DNA of 64,000 bases, from NCBI RefSeq assembly GCF_018350175.1, contig NC_058383.1:2914001-2978000 (forward strand), given 5' to 3'. The translations under genes were made by a program, and so were the position numbers. Source of the DNA: Felis catus (Eukaryota). Shown in pieces: positions 1 through 13,196 of this stretch. Each line of letters begins with the position of its first letter. Position 1 is the stretch's first letter. A model generated the notes under the pieces. It worked only from the letters and a program-made list of their open reading frames with translations, had not been told where the DNA came from and did no database searches.

Positions 1-1250
1 GAAGCCTGTATAGCACATCTTCTTTTTGTCATTATTTTGAGATTCATCCATGTTTTTATAGGTATTGTTCATTGTTCATTTTTAGTGCCAAGTAAGTCTT
101 CCCTCATGTAGATATGCCACAATGTTTTCATCCATTTACCTGCTGATGAATACTTGGATTATTTCCAGGTTTGGGCTAGCTATTACAAATAAAGCTGGCA
201 TGGACATTTGTGTGAAAGAGTTTATCTGGACATGTACTTCCTTTTCTTTTGAGCAAAATGTAGGATTAGACTAGTGGGGTCATAGGATAGGTACATGTTT
301 TAAGAAACTGTTTCCAGAGTGACCCCATCATGCTCTCTGGTACAGCTCGAGTTTCTCCACACCCCTGCCAACACTTGGAATGGTCAGTCTTTGTCATTTT
401 AGCCATTCTGGATGAGTGTGTAGAGGTGTATCGTCGTGGTTTCGGTTTTCACGTCCCTGGTGACTGACAGTGTTGGGTATCTTTTCATGAGCTTGTTGGC
501 CATCCGTGTATCTGAGATGTCTTTTCAGATCTGTTGTCTGTTTTAAATTGGGTTGTTCCCTTTGTTGAAGTTTTTAGAGTTCTTTGTTTAGAAAGCAAGC
601 TTATTACATATATATTTTTCATAGATTTCTCCCAGCCTGTGACTTGCCTCTGCATGTTCTTCACAGCATCTTTGGAAAGTAGAAGTTTTTAATTTTGATG
701 AGGTGAGATTTTCCAATATATTTTTTACGTATCATGCTTTTGGTGTCATATCTAAGAAATCTTTGTCTAACCAAGAGTGTAAATATTTTCTCCTAATTTT
801 TTTCCTAAAAAGGTTAATAGTTTTAGCTTTTACATTTAAGCCTGTGGCCTATCTTGAGTTAAGTTTCATATATAGTGTGGGGTATGGATCCAGTCATGTT
901 TTTTGTTTTTTATTTAATCATTTAGTGTCAATCGTCCATGTATGTGTTGGTGTATTTTTGGACTCCCTGTTTGGATTCATTGAGCTTTTTGTGTCCCCTT
1001 ACACCAGTGCTAGAATATCAGTGCAGGAACTTTATAATAATTCTTGAAGTCAGGTAGCATGAGCCCTCCAACTTTGTTGTTCTTTTTCAAAGGTGTTTTG
1101 GCTCTGCCATACAAATTTCAGAATCAGCTTGTCAATTTGTACCAGAATGTCTGCTGGAATTTTGATAGGGATTACAGTGCGTTTATAGGTCAACTTGGGA
1201 GAATTGATGTCTTGACAATATTGAGTCTTCCAAACCATGAACAGAGTCTC
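1..1250 (-). mobile_element. Old LINE-1 fragment (L1M-type, ORF2 3' region/3' end), degraded
   Basis: T-rich plus strand with antisense L1 motifs (ccaacacttggaatggtcagtct, ttctcccagcctgtgacttg, gaattgatgtcttgacaatattgagtcttcca). Minus ORF 1050-1238 (…VIPIKIPADILVQIDKLILKFVWQ…) is a decayed L1 ORF2 segment. Confidence 0.85.
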
Positions 1251-2234
1251 TGGATCTCTGAAATTTAAAACTGTTATCTGGGTTTAAATATAAGCCACTT
1301 GGGATTACTGACCAGGAAAGAAAGCAAAAGGGGTACTCCAGGTGCTTCACAGTTAGATAAGCAGGATACTGGGGATTGGTCTTTTTGCTTGATTTGCCTG
1401 ACCGGTTCTCCACACAATTCTCATTTAATATGAGATGTCTAAACATTAGATGTCTTACCCCAAAAAAGATCCTTGAGTCCTCCACAAGCTTCCTTGTCCC
1501 ACAGATGCCAGTCGACCACGAATATGTATACTCACCTAATCTACTCACTCCATGGAGGATGGAGGGCATTTTGGGTGAGACTCGGATGGGTTTAAATCAC
1601 AGATCCAAGAATATTCAAATCCTCCCCTGATCAACTACCTTTTGGGGGGAGTTTAATGCAGGAATGACACCAGAACACATATAACAAAGATTAAACCATT
1701 ATTAATAGGAGCAACGTAATTCTGGTTGTGAAGGAAAGAGATCAGTGTACCATGGATATTTAGATAATCGTGTGATTTATAGAATATAGCCTTTCATGTT
1801 GGGGCTGCAGATTTTTCTGAAGGAGTGTCAGTTACAGTAATGAGACTGAGCTTTGACTTCTATGAAGGCAACAGATGGAATGGTGACCAGGTCATTGCAA
1901 ATTAACCACAAATTCTTCAAGGACAAGGGGGAACATATTTGTCATTGACTGTCGGCCTATAGTGTCCTCCACTGTGGGGAATAGGAACAGTCAGCGTGCC
2001 TGGATTCACGTGACCACTCTGCCTTTGCTCATGTGGGGGCTGCATTGCTCGAGCCTCTTTTCCTTAAAAGAATTGTCCTGGAGAGATTGAAAGCAAACGG
2101 TTGGGCTTAGCGTACTCGGTGTAGTTTGTGTTTGTAGCACAATATAGTTTTTCGACTTTTATCGTTTATGTCGTATGTTCTTGTTAACCACTACCTGTGA
2201 AACGTGGCCTTCGTGTGTTTGCTGGACCACTCCT

Positions 2235-2274
2235 GCTTTGCTTTGCTTTGCTTTGCTTTGCTTTGCTTTGCTTT
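2235..2274 (+). repeat. Perfect (GCTTT)8 pentanucleotide microsatellite
   Basis: Read directly from the sequence. Confidence 0.95.
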
Positions 2275-3569
2275 CTGTCAGTTACTTGTTCTCAGTGGCC
2301 AACTCTCACCTCCCTTCTGACTTACTGATCTTCTCTTGCACCCCAACTGGACTTCTCTCCCACTTCTAAGTGAGTTCTTCCAAGAAGCCTGCCCTCGTGC
2401 ACCCCACATGACTCTGAGATAGAGGAGGGACGGGAAACATGCTTACTTACAAAGCACACAAACAGCCTGTCCGTATCTCGTCTGTAGAAACCAAAAGCCA
2501 CATGCTCTTTTCTACGCTGAAGTAAAGAGAAGAGCTTTAGGGTTGTATCTTTAACATGTAATTTAGAGAGTTCAAAATATTTTATGTCCTGTATAGCAAT
2601 TCTGGGAGTGTTTAATAAGCACTGACAAAAAAATTTAACCATGTGGTAGATAGTATTCTGCCACTTAACAGTTTATTTTATTTTGCTGCAGAGTGAACTA
2701 TGTCAGTATGAGAGCTAACAGTACTGATTTCTGACAATTTTAGTATAGGAAGAAGACAAAAATACTCAACACAGATAATGGTTGCTTGAAAACCATTTAT
2801 GTCAAATATATTAAAATTTGAAATAGTTGAAGGCTAAAATCCAAATTCAGGAGTAATTAACCAAAATAGTTGACAGATGTCAGCTATGCTAATAAAATTT
2901 GTATACCCTGAATATTTTCCAGCTTGTAATTAACTGTGCAGATGATGTGATCTGATTTTTGTCACTAGCTGCTTATTAATGAAGGGGATGATGACTAGTT
3001 AGAAAATCCATAGTGTTAGCTGAATACCAAGTTTAAATATTTCTCAAACAGCTGGCATAAATAGGAGCTACACAAGTCTTGATGCTGGTTTGATTTGTGC
3101 TTGCTTTGTTCATCTGTGATTGCCAAGGGGAAACGGGATTTGTTAAATCCAGCTCTGAGTGACCTTGAAGATAGTAAATCTGTTTTTATTTGATGGTCAG
3201 CAAGCATAATGGCTTTTATTTCTAGATTCTCTTATAAATTTATGTCATCAGGCTGGTAATACACCATGGGAAGTTCCATAATAAAGTGCAAAAAGATAAT
3301 TTTAAGTTCAACGAAAGCTAGGCAGGACGCAGTCTGCCAATATGACTTGAAGACTTGAATGCAGAATACTATTAACAGGAATGGTGTGATAACAAACCAG
3401 CATTATTCATTACCATTATATAATGTGGCATTTAACGTGAAAGAAATACTGTTCAGATGGCTGATGAACTCCTAAACATAAACGAGAGGTGGTATCAGGT
3501 GTTTCTGACTCCAGTGCTTGTGCTCACTAGTGCCCGTGAGCCCTTGCTCCTGGATGCCATTCATCTCCT

Positions 3570-4670
3570 CTGCCAACCAGTGCTTCTCAAGAGCCGGCTG
3601 TATGTTGGGCACCAAAGTAAGTGCTGGGGACACAGTTGTGAGCCCATCATTCAGCGTCTGTAAGCAGCTTACCCTCTAGAGGGAGGTAGACAAGTACTCA
3701 CACCAACACTTCTAACAGTGGCCAGTGTTTTGAAGGGCCGGAACATTTTATTGTCATTGTTGCTGGAGGTCAAGAAAGACTTCCTAGAGGCCTAGCTGCT
3801 TCAGTTGTTACGTGAAGTTGACCAGGTGCAAAGGGAGTGAAGAGTGTGCTGGTATTGGGAGCAGCGAGCGCTGAGTCCCTGTGGTGGGAGACAACACCCA
3901 GCACAGCACACTCAGTATTTGAGGTGCTTGGAGAAGTCCAGTGAGGCTGGGACCGGGCCGGCCGGGGGTCAGATGGCAGATGGTTCTGGAGAGTTAGGTA
4001 AGAGAGGACGCGGGGTCCTGAAAATCAACTTCAGGATTCGTGTCTGCTTGCTTTAAGAGCAAAGGGAACTCTGGGAGGGGTTAGAGAAAGGAGGTAACGT
4101 GAGCACATTTCAGTTGTGACCAAAATCTCTGTGGCTGCAACTGGAAAATGGATTGAAAAGAGTCAAAAGACATGGGGGCCTGGACAGTTAGGGAGCACTT
4201 ACAGTTGCTGGGGCAACAGGCATGGAGGCCTGGCAGGAGGCAGAAAGATTCCAGAGAGCCTTCCCACAGCACCAGCCCTCTGTCTCGACACACTGTCGCT
4301 CTCCCACCTCTTGAGGACTCTACCCCTGTTGCTGTTCTCTTGTTTGCTTTCCTCCCTGTCGAGGACAAGTTTGTTCAGTTCCATCCTCACTTGTGGTGGA
4401 CATTTTCTGGAAGCACACCTCAGCTCTTGGCTTTTTTCCTTGGTGGTGGTCTTTCCAGGACACTGGCTTTGCAGTATTGATGCTCCTCTGCCCGATAGTT
4501 GGGCCTGTTTGACGTGTCCACTTGAGTGTCTCCCAGACATCTCCAACTACACAAGTCCTTATTGTCACTTTGATTTTACTGTCTCCAAGCTGGTTTCTCT
4601 ACCTCATCCTCCCCTTGTCTCTTACTCATTTTTGTGTCCCTGACTTTAGGATAATAAATATTTGTTGAAT
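3570..4670. mobile_element. L2 LINE remnants (minus-strand piece followed by plus-strand piece)
   Basis: L2-like motifs (gtgctggggacacagttgtga, ggaggtcaagaaagacttcc) and a plus-strand L2 tail aataaatatttgttgaatga at about 4653-4672. Confidence 0.55.
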
Positions 4671-5029
4671 GATGATAGTGGTAGGTAGTTCCAAGAACAG
4701 GGAAGATTCTTTCCTTATACCATCTAATAACAAGAAAACTCCACTTCTTTTATAAGGAAACTGTAATTTTTCAAAGTTATTTTAAAAAATGGGCCACTCA
4801 GAACTGGGCATACTTCCTTATTGCCCACTGCTAGTTCTTTTCAGAGGCTCCCACTTCTATACTCTCCTCCCTAGCTACGTTTATCTACTCCACAGTCAGT
4901 TGTTAGATTGCTGTCATTGATTAATATTTCATTTTCGATAAGCCCATATACAGCTTGGTTGGAGGGAGTTACTTTTATATAAAGCAGTGATCCCCATTTG
5001 CTCACATGATTCAGTGGCAGAGGCTGGAA

Positions 5030-5712
5030 TTTTTACTGCAGGTGATGATGAAAGTCTTTTGTCTTCTCTGATATCACCCCTGGAGGTTGGGGGAGCAGTG
5101 CCATGATTTGGCTGGGCAAGGATGGCAGTCTGAGCAGCTCACTTGGCTTTTACTTATAAGGATATGGTTGTGCTGTGGTGTTTGGGTGGAGTAGAGTGGC
5201 CATTGTCTAAAAGTTTTCTGTCTTCTTAGGTTGTGCCCTTCCTCATCCTTTGGTTAGAAAGAGCAAGTCTCTAGGAGATACATACATAGACATATGTACG
5301 TATATATAGGTATATGTATATATATATATACATATGTATATGTATATATAAGTATACGTACATATATAGACGTACGTATATATATATATATATCTCTCCC
5401 CAAGAGCAACTTGCTCACACACACATATGTGTGTTTATGTGTGTGTATATATATATATTTTTTTGTCTGTTCCCATTGGTTTTTCTCGGTTGCCATTTTC
5501 TCCAGCATTGAATCTGGGATGAGCCAAAAAGAAAACTTAAGGAATATACTGCTGTGTCATTCTTTGAGTCCTGAGGTCCAGTATGACTGACTTTATCTGC
5601 CTTTCAGAGTCTTTTAATGATTGTTTTATATATAATGTTGAGAGTTTTTAGCTGTACTTTGCAGGAAGAATGGAGATACGTAATTTGGCTCCTTCTTGGT
5701 TTGGAGCTGGAA
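5030..5712 (-). mobile_element. Old L1M 5'-end remnant interrupted by a TA-rich simple repeat
   Basis: Resembles antisense L1MC/MD 5' ends (tttttagctgtactttgcaggaagaatgg…ccttcttggtttggagctggaa). Family assignment from recall. Confidence 0.5.
5279..5458. repeat. Complex (TA)n/(TATG)n/(CA)(TG) low-complexity repeat
   Basis: Read directly. It generates the YIYIY-type ORFs at 5254-5590. Confidence 0.9.
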
Positions 5713-5743
5713 ATGAGGAAGCTCTCTATAATGATGATGTGCC

Positions 5744-6187
5744 ATTCATTCATTCATTCATTCATTCATTTTTTTAATTTTAGAGAGTGTGTGTACGAGT
5801 GGGGGAGAGGGGCAGAGGAAGAGAGGGAGAATATCCCAAATAGGCTCCACACTCAGCAGTGAGCCTGACGCCAGGCTCTATCCCATGTCCCTGGGATCAT
5901 GACCTGAGCTGAAATCAAGAGTTAGATGCTAGGGGTGCCTGGGTGGCTCAGTCGGTTAAGCGTCCAACTTCAGCTCAGGTCATGATCTCACGGTTCGTGA
6001 GTTCGAGCCCCACGTCGGGGTCTGTGCTGACAGCTTGGTGCCTGGAGCCTACGTTGGATTCTGTGTCTGTCTCTCTCTGCCCCTCCCCTGATCATGCTGT
6101 GTCTGTCTCTCTCTCCCTCCGAAAAATAATGAAACATTAAAAAAAAAAAAAAAAAGATGCTCAACCGCTGAGCCACCCAGGTGCGCC
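5744..6187 (-). mobile_element. CAN-SINE (older subfamily) with (ATGA)n tail, split by a younger SINE
   Basis: Body 5771-5930 (gatcatgacctgagctgaaatcaagagttagatgct) resumes at 6162-6187 (caaccgctgagccacccaggtgcgcc). (CATT)n at 5744-5770 is its tail. Confidence 0.9.
5932..6154 (+). mobile_element. CAN-SINE (SINEC_Fc-type) nested in the previous SINE
   Basis: GGGGTGCCTGGGTGGCTCAGTCGG head, B-box GAGTTCGAGCC, CT-rich region and poly(A). TSD AGATGCT at 5924-5930 and 6155-6161. Confidence 0.95.
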
Positions 6188-7765
6188 TATATGTTTTTAA
6201 AGTAAAATTTGGCCATTCAATTAAATCAGAATATACTCTTTCTGTAGGAGAATGTAATGTTCAGTAAGTTCAACTTATACCTGTTATGTGTATATGTGTT
6301 TATTGCAGAAAATTTCAAGAGTTTGTAAAATTTCCACCAGCCCTTGATACACAACAAAATTACTTTATCAGTGCTTTATATGCCATTTTTAAAGTAGGAT
6401 CTTAAAAAGAGTATGAGTAAGAGCAACTAATGTACTTTTAGAAACTTTCTCAAATTAAGTATGTTAGATTTATCAAGTCTTTGCTTTTAATTTTCGCTAG
6501 TAGGTTCCTTACAATGTATTGTAAAATAGCATTTGTAGGAGAAGTTAACGGTTTGAAGCAATCCCTGTTTTCAAACAAGATTAAACTGTATTTGGATTCA
6601 GTCCCTAAGAAATAACTAATAGCAAATCAGTAGCTCTACACAGAGTGAAGTTAATATCCCAGGATATTGTTTCAGCTACAAGTGTTTGCAGATGTTAAAC
6701 TGTACTGTGAAGTGCGTTTGCTTTTGAGATTATTGCTTTACCATGAACTTTTTCTCTGCAAAATCTTTTTCAGACTTTGCAGTTACATGGCTCATCTTTT
6801 TAGACACCATGTAATCAATAGAACAGCTTTCAAGAAAAAAGTTGAAAAACAGATGAATTTCATGAAGGGGAAAGTTAGTGAACCAATGTGAAATATGAAG
6901 GAATCTGGGTGTGCATTGGCGTTTAGCGCCCCCCCCCCCCTTTTTTTTTGTGCGAGTGACAGGTTAGAAGGCTCTGAACTTGATATCTTCTAAAATCTTT
7001 GAGGATTCAGAGTAACTCTTATTTTAAAAATGTTCTTCACCCAGCAGGTTTATAATATGGTATTACTTGTATCCGTTTTAATGTACTAAATACTATAAAG
7101 TAAACTACATTAGAGGAGACACTTTTTGTTTTTTAATATTTTCTTCCCTTAATTATGAAACTTAATGGCAACGATTGAAGGAATTGACATATTGTAAAGG
7201 AAAAATTAGTAATTTTCCCGCAGCCTCCTCTCTTCCATCCTCTCTCCCTCTCTCCAACTAATGTTAACATTGTAGGGTTTATCTTTCTACACCTTTGTTC
7301 ATGCTAAAGCATATACACTTCATGTGTATCAGACCCCACTAATAATTATATGCTTCATAATGGCATCATTCTTTATACATCAGAGTCTTGAAATCGCCTG
7401 TTTCCTCTCATTCTTCCAGAACAAGAGACAGAATTCAAAGTTATTTAAAATAGCCTGGAGTATCTTTCGAATGGGTGTGTCCGTTTATTCAGTCATTCCT
7501 TTTGATGGACATCTGGGTAGTTTCCTGTGACATCGGGTATTGCTTATTGCTACACGCACAGTGTTTGTGGTTACAGTGAGGCTTCTCTGTCTGCGGTCTT
7601 CAATAACAATGCTTTTATTTCTAAAGGGTAGATTTCTGATAACAAGACCTCCGGGCCAGAGGCTATATGTACTTAATTTTGTGTAAATATTGTTGTATTT
7701 CCTTCCCCAATGTTTACTGCATTTCCTAGTCCTAATAGTATTGTATGAGAGTGCTCATTTTCTCA

Positions 7766-7835
7766 CACGGGGCTCACACTCACAATCCCCAGATGAAGAG
7801 TCGCACACTTTCCTGACTGAGCCAGCTGGGGCCCC
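7766..7835 (-). mobile_element. Short CAN-SINE head fragment
   Basis: cacggggctcacactcacaatcc…gaagagtcgcacactttcctgactgagccagctggggcccc is an antisense SINE 5' end. Confidence 0.65.
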
Positions 7836-8317
7836 TTTCTTTCTCACATGCTTAATTACATGAGATGTTCTCTTTCAAAATTTTATTAATTTGATGGGTA
7901 AAGAACAGTACCTCATTTTTGCATTAAGTGGCATTTTCTGATGATTGGTGGAGTTGAACACCTTTGGGTGTTTCTTGGCCACTTCAGTTTAGTCTTTGAA
8001 TTTCCTCTTGATGTTGTTAGCTTGTTTTACTCTCCAGTTTTCTTTTTCTTACCAGTTTGTGGGAGTGCTTTCTGCATCAGAGGTGTTAACTCTTTGATGA
8101 TCATTTATTTTGGAAGTTTTTTTTTCTTTTTTTTTTTTTTCTTTTTTTTTTACTGCTCTATACATTTTTAGAGTGGTTGGTAGTATTTTTTTTAATTTCA
8201 GAATAAATAGTGCTATTACTGTTATCTATCTTTATATCTTTATGGCTTTCCTATCCTTAGTTTTAAAGACATTCTCTTAAATTCTCTTATTCAGAATTTC
8301 TTATTTTTTATACGAAA

Positions 8318-8523
8318 TTTTTTTTTTTTTGGTAAGTGTTTTATTTTGAGAGAGAACACAAATGGAAGCAGGGCAGAGAGACCGGGGGAGAGGGAATCTT
8401 GAGCAGGCTCCACGCTGTAGTGCAGACCCTGATGCGGGGCTTGAACCTGCAAACCGTGAGATCATGACCTGAGCCAAAACCAAGAGTAGGACACTTAACT
8501 CACTGAGCGACCCAGGTCCTCCC
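8318..8523 (-). mobile_element. CAN-SINE
   Basis: T-run, gagagagaac…, gcaggctccacgctg, gagatcatgacctgagccaaaaccaagagtaggacacttaac, cccagg. Confidence 0.92.
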
Positions 8524-10190
8524 TAATGGAGATGTTCAATTCATCTGGAATTTACTTTTATGTATGTTGGGATATAGGAGCCAAGCTTTGCCTTTTTCCT
8601 GATAGCTAGCCATTTATTATGCTAATGCCATTTAGTAAATAAACCAGCCTTTTCCCTTCTGAATTTAAATGCCATCAGTATCCTTTTAAAATATTTAAGT
8701 GATTGTATTTCTTCTCCAGCTTAACCCATTTTCAGTACGGTAATGACTTTTTAAAAGCAGGATTTAGTAAATTGGAAAGGTTATTTCTCTGCTCTCAAAT
8801 GTCAAATGCTCCCTGATACTCTTTATTGTTGCTGACTAAAATCGCAGGTGCAAGAAGAATTATTGCCGTGAACAAATCCACAATTTTAAGACCCTGGGTA
8901 AAAACTGGGAAAATTTGGAGTATTCATTCAGTGCTTCTACAAAAGCAGTAACTTGTAACCACTGTGAAGAAGTCACTTATTAAATATAAGAAAGAAATCT
9001 CTTCCTCGATTGAACCATATGCAGAGAGACCACGTGCACAGAGGCCTGCCTTCTCCTTGAGGGAGGAGCTGCACGGGGGTGCCTCTCTAAGTAAGGCTGT
9101 GGGGGGCCCTCTGGGCACCGGCCGCCTGGCAGCTGCAGCTCTGCGGAGATGGGCAGGCAGCTGTGTAGTTCACGTGTATTTTGGGCTCATCCTTTGAGTT
9201 ACGCCCTGCACAGGGAGCCCAAATCCTGACATAGCTTTTTCTCATGCTGTTTGGAAATAGGTCCTTGGGCTCAGTGTTACAACATCGTGCTTTCCAATAT
9301 CTTCTTGCTGGGGAGTGCTGATTGGATTTACTCAGCATTGTACAGGTGAGGATGTAACAGGGGCCGAGGGGTACAGGTGCACCTGGCTCTGGGCGTCCCA
9401 CATAGACCAGGTTGGGCCGCTCACTGCCGGCAAAATCCAAAGGTGGAGAGACGATGTGGAGCGAGAATTGAGTTACCCGCGGCCAACGCTGGGAGACCGC
9501 GGACTGTTGTCTCAGAGACTGCAAAGTGCTGTAGATACTGTGGGGTCTGTGTGAGGACAGTGAGGCCTAGAGGTTGGTGGTACATGCAGGTGTGCGGAAG
9601 AGTCCGCGGGATCGCTGTCCCGGGGGCAGGCACGTGGGGTCCTGCTGGTGTCAGGCAGTGCTTGTTGCTTGAGGGCTAGTTTTGGTTCATGTTGTGGGGT
9701 GCTGTGCCTGCCAGGGCTTTTGCCTGAGTTGGAGATAAGCCACACAGAAGAACTTAATGAGCTAGAAAGTACAGACTGAGGGCAGACCGGAGGTGCTAGC
9801 GTCCTCTTTCAGTGAGGGAGAAGCGAAGGGGACTCCTGCGTCTCTAATCAGGCGGTGGCTGGAAGAATTGCGTGGATTACAGATCTGAGAAGATTGGGTT
9901 ATGTGTTGCAATATAGTAATGATAGATCATCTTTATAATTAGAAATAGGATCTTGGGGTATAAAGAATCCTTTATTGAACTGCTAAAATACCTGACAGTG
10001 AGGGCATAAGTAAATAGAATATGCTATATCTTAGGATGGAATAGTATGTAGCTATGAAATAATGTTTTTCTGATGCATATTTATAGTAGGTAAATATTCT
10101 TACAATATTCCATTTCATGACAATGGATGTCTAGCATTTAAACTAAAAAGATCCCAAGTAGGAGAGGGGCTTGTGTGAACCGTTGGTTCG

Positions 10191-11900
10191 TTCATTCATT
10201 CATCAATTTTACCCAGTGTTTACTGAGTATCAGCAATGCCGGAAGCCTTCCATGAGGCCGTAGCCAACAGTGATGAGGGGCAGAGTCTTTTCTTCCCAGT
10301 AGTTCACAAGCATGTGAACATGTGAGTTGTATCATCACAATACCGTGTTTAACAGTCACATGAAGGCTCAGGGTGCTATGAGAGTGTAGTGCAGGCACAC
10401 AAATCAGACTGGGGGCATGGGGTCTGTAGGACTTCGAGCTGAGTTCAAAAGGAGGAGAAGAATTAGCCAAGCAAAAAGAGGGTGATTGGAGGGACCGAAG
10501 CTTTCTGGTAGGAGTGTTAGGAAATGGGGACACTGAAGAAGGCTAGCTGAGTGTCATATCGTGATAAATTCCAAGTCTGTCTTCCTCGTGACTGCCTCAG
10601 CAGGTGTGGGTATGTGCGTGTGCACGTATCAGTGTGGGACACGATGTGTAGAGTTTCGCAGTAGTGAGGTCCTGTAACTTTTCTTACCCCAGACTAAGGA
10701 GATTGGTCTGATCCTAAAGGAGGATGTGAAGCAGGAGAGCAGTCTTTTCAGATGTGCTGTTTAGAAAGCTTTCTCTGGGGATCCAGTGAAGGATGGATGA
10801 GGTGTTGCCAAGTCCAGAGTCGTGAAAACTGGTAGCACAGAGGCAGAACGATCCCAGTGAGAACTGTAATGTGTATCTAGAGGTTTCAGGAAGTAGCATT
10901 GCTAGGACTCAGGATGGGAAGGAAGGAAAGGAGGCTCGGATGATGCCTAGATTTGTGGTTTGGAGCAAGTGGATGTGTGTGGATTTGGTCCATGAAAACT
11001 AGGAGAGGATGAATTTGGGAATGGGAAGATACTGAGCCCAGTTTGGGATTTAAACATCTTATGGTCTCTGGGGAGAAATGATAACATTCATTGGTCACCT
11101 GAGCAGATGTGACCTTGGCACATGAGGGAGTTGAAGATCTAGGTGTTGTCAGCATGTAGGTGATTTGAGGGTGGGCAGTACACGAGATTGCAGCAAGGAA
11201 AGAGAAAAGGACTGAGGGTGCAGACGGGGCCCCAGAATTTAAAATGGAGGCAGAGGAACCTGAGAAGGCGACTGAGCTGGAACAGCCAGAAAGTAGGAAG
11301 GAAATCAGAAGAGAGCAGCTCAGTGGAAGCCAGAAGGGAGACTGTCCTGAGGGAAGTGGCTGTCCCTGTGATCGGATGGCCCAGAGATTTCACGTGAGCT
11401 CAGTTCGTTAAGGGCGTCTTTGGCTTTGGCGCAGCGAGGTTGTTAGCGGTATAGGCCAGAGCGTGTTCCTGGAGCGGCGCTCGTAAACGGCGGCATGCAG
11501 GGATCGCACAGGGAGTGGCAAGCGAAGAAGAAATGACTGTTTCAGTGGGTTGGCACTTAACGAAAGTAGACAATACAGCTGGAAGGAGATGGTGCAGGGC
11601 TGAGGGAGGTGTGTGTAGGGCTGTGTGTGTATGAGGTGAATGCGAGGGAGAATAAAAACAAAGGCGATAAGGCAGGTTATGGATGTGAGGTCTCTAGAGA
11701 GGTGAGGGAGCCTGCAGCTCTGTAAGAACAGAGACCCCTTTCCTACAGAGTCTGTGGGGAGGAGAGATGGAAGAAAAGGTTGCGACCAAGGTGCCGGCAC
11801 GTTTGGCTCAGAGGCCGAGCAGGCAGGGGTAAGAGCCAGGCCAGCTGCGTTTTCCTCCGTGAATCGAGGGGTGCCTTCTGAGGACAGAGAGAGAAGACAC
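10191..11900 (-). mobile_element. L2 LINE (3' portion), degraded
   Basis: Starts with an antisense L2 tail (ttcattcattcatc…tgtttactgagtatc), followed by typical purine-rich antisense L2 motifs (gagctgagttcaaaaggaggagaagaattagcc, ggtgttgtcagcatgtaggtg). Confidence 0.75.
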
Positions 11901-12985
11901 AGAGACCGGAGGACTCTCAGGACACGGGGAGGGGAGCTGCACAGCACACACACCTCTGCTCGTGGCCCGGTCATCGTCCTGCCAGGGATGCATCCACATG
12001 GAATCAGAATAAAGCTGGTTGAATTTAACTTCCACTGTCTTTCATTATGTAAAACGTTTGGGTATGTTTCAGGTAGGACTGAACAATTTACTGAAATTTA
12101 AGCTAAAGTAAATATTTGACAAACAATACACGTATAACATTAAAAAGTTCCATCAGTCTCCAGGAGACCTGCTTTACCTGTTCGCTTTGCATTTTGTTCT
12201 GCTTCCAAATATTAGCATTGTATTTTTTTCTCTCACCTAACTGACCATTTGAAAGCCACCTATACTCAGCCAGCCAGATCAGTGTGGTCCGGGAGAGACT
12301 TGGGGAAATAGATGAAGGGTGCCTCCAGGGTCGCCAAGGAAAGAGGCTCCAAGTGGGGGTGTTAACAGAGTACATTTCCCTGCTTATGAGCTCTGACTAT
12401 GATATTGATGTGTGTGAATATAGGAAAAATACTTCATTCAAAGTGCATTAGAGTGAATACACTTGTATGTTTGAACCAGGAGCAGAGGACTACATCTTTT
12501 ATTGAGCTAAATTGTGCAAGTTTATCAAGGGTTATTAAAGCTGACTTAGATGGTTAAACATAATCAAGTTATGGACATCTTTGCGTCTTGCTTGTTGAAC
12601 ACATCTGGGGCCCTGTCGTCACCTTTCTTTAGAACAGGCATTAGCATTTCACCTAAACTTTTCAAAACAAGTGTTCTGGAATGATGTGGATATTTCAGAT
12701 TTTTAGATGCTGGCTGTATATGACCTTCACTAAGCATCTCATTTCTTTCTGTCACTGTCTAGAAGCAGGTAGTTGATATTAGAAATTGACAGGTTGGGAG
12801 TGATGTACTTACACATTAATAACAGATTTATTCATTTTGAATCACAGAGACATTCTTACCATAAACATCTCTGGAATAAAGTTAATCCTGTGATTGTCGT
12901 ATCAAAAATAAAAGACAGGGAAGTTATTTTGAAAGTCCGTTAATCAAAACCTTTTCTATTAAAATGTCACATTAAGAACACTCTT

Positions 12986-13196
12986 GGGGCGCCTGGGTAT
13001 CTCAGTGGTTGAGTGTCCGACTCTTGATTTTAGCTCAGGTCATGATCTCACGGTTTGTGGGTTTGAGCCCCATGTCAGGTTCTGCGCTGACAGTGTGGAG
13101 CCTGGTTGGGATTCTCTCTGCCCCTCCCACACTTGGCTCGAGCCCACAGGTGTGTGCTCACATGCACAGTCTCTCTCAAAAAAACAAACAAAAAAA
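12986..13196 (+). mobile_element. CAN-SINE
   Basis: GGGGCGCCTGGGT head, gactcttgattttagctcaggtcatgatctcac body, A-rich tail. Confidence 0.93.

Larger units (their letters stand above)
7140..8760 (-). mobile_element. Old L1ME-like fragments
   Basis: Antisense L1 3'-region motifs (tgatggacatctgggtagtttcc, tgtatgagagtgctcattttctcac, ttcatctggaatttactttt). Confidence 0.6.

Noticed and set aside
5041..5078. C/D-box snoRNA-like motif (GGTGAT stem, ATGATGA … CTGA, ATCACC)
   Set aside because: Only 38 nt, too short for a guide snoRNA, and it lies in an apparent L1 remnant. Likely chance.
5254..5590. Tyr/Ile-rich and Val/Cys- or His/Thr-rich ORFs (also 30534-30867 and 32872-33176)
   Set aside because: Translations of TA/CA microsatellites.
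11408..11974. Longest ORF in the track (188 aa), and the 175-aa ORF at 4116-4643
   Set aside because: Both overlap degraded L2 sequence, have biased Leu/Ser/Pro composition, and show no recognisable domain or splice context.
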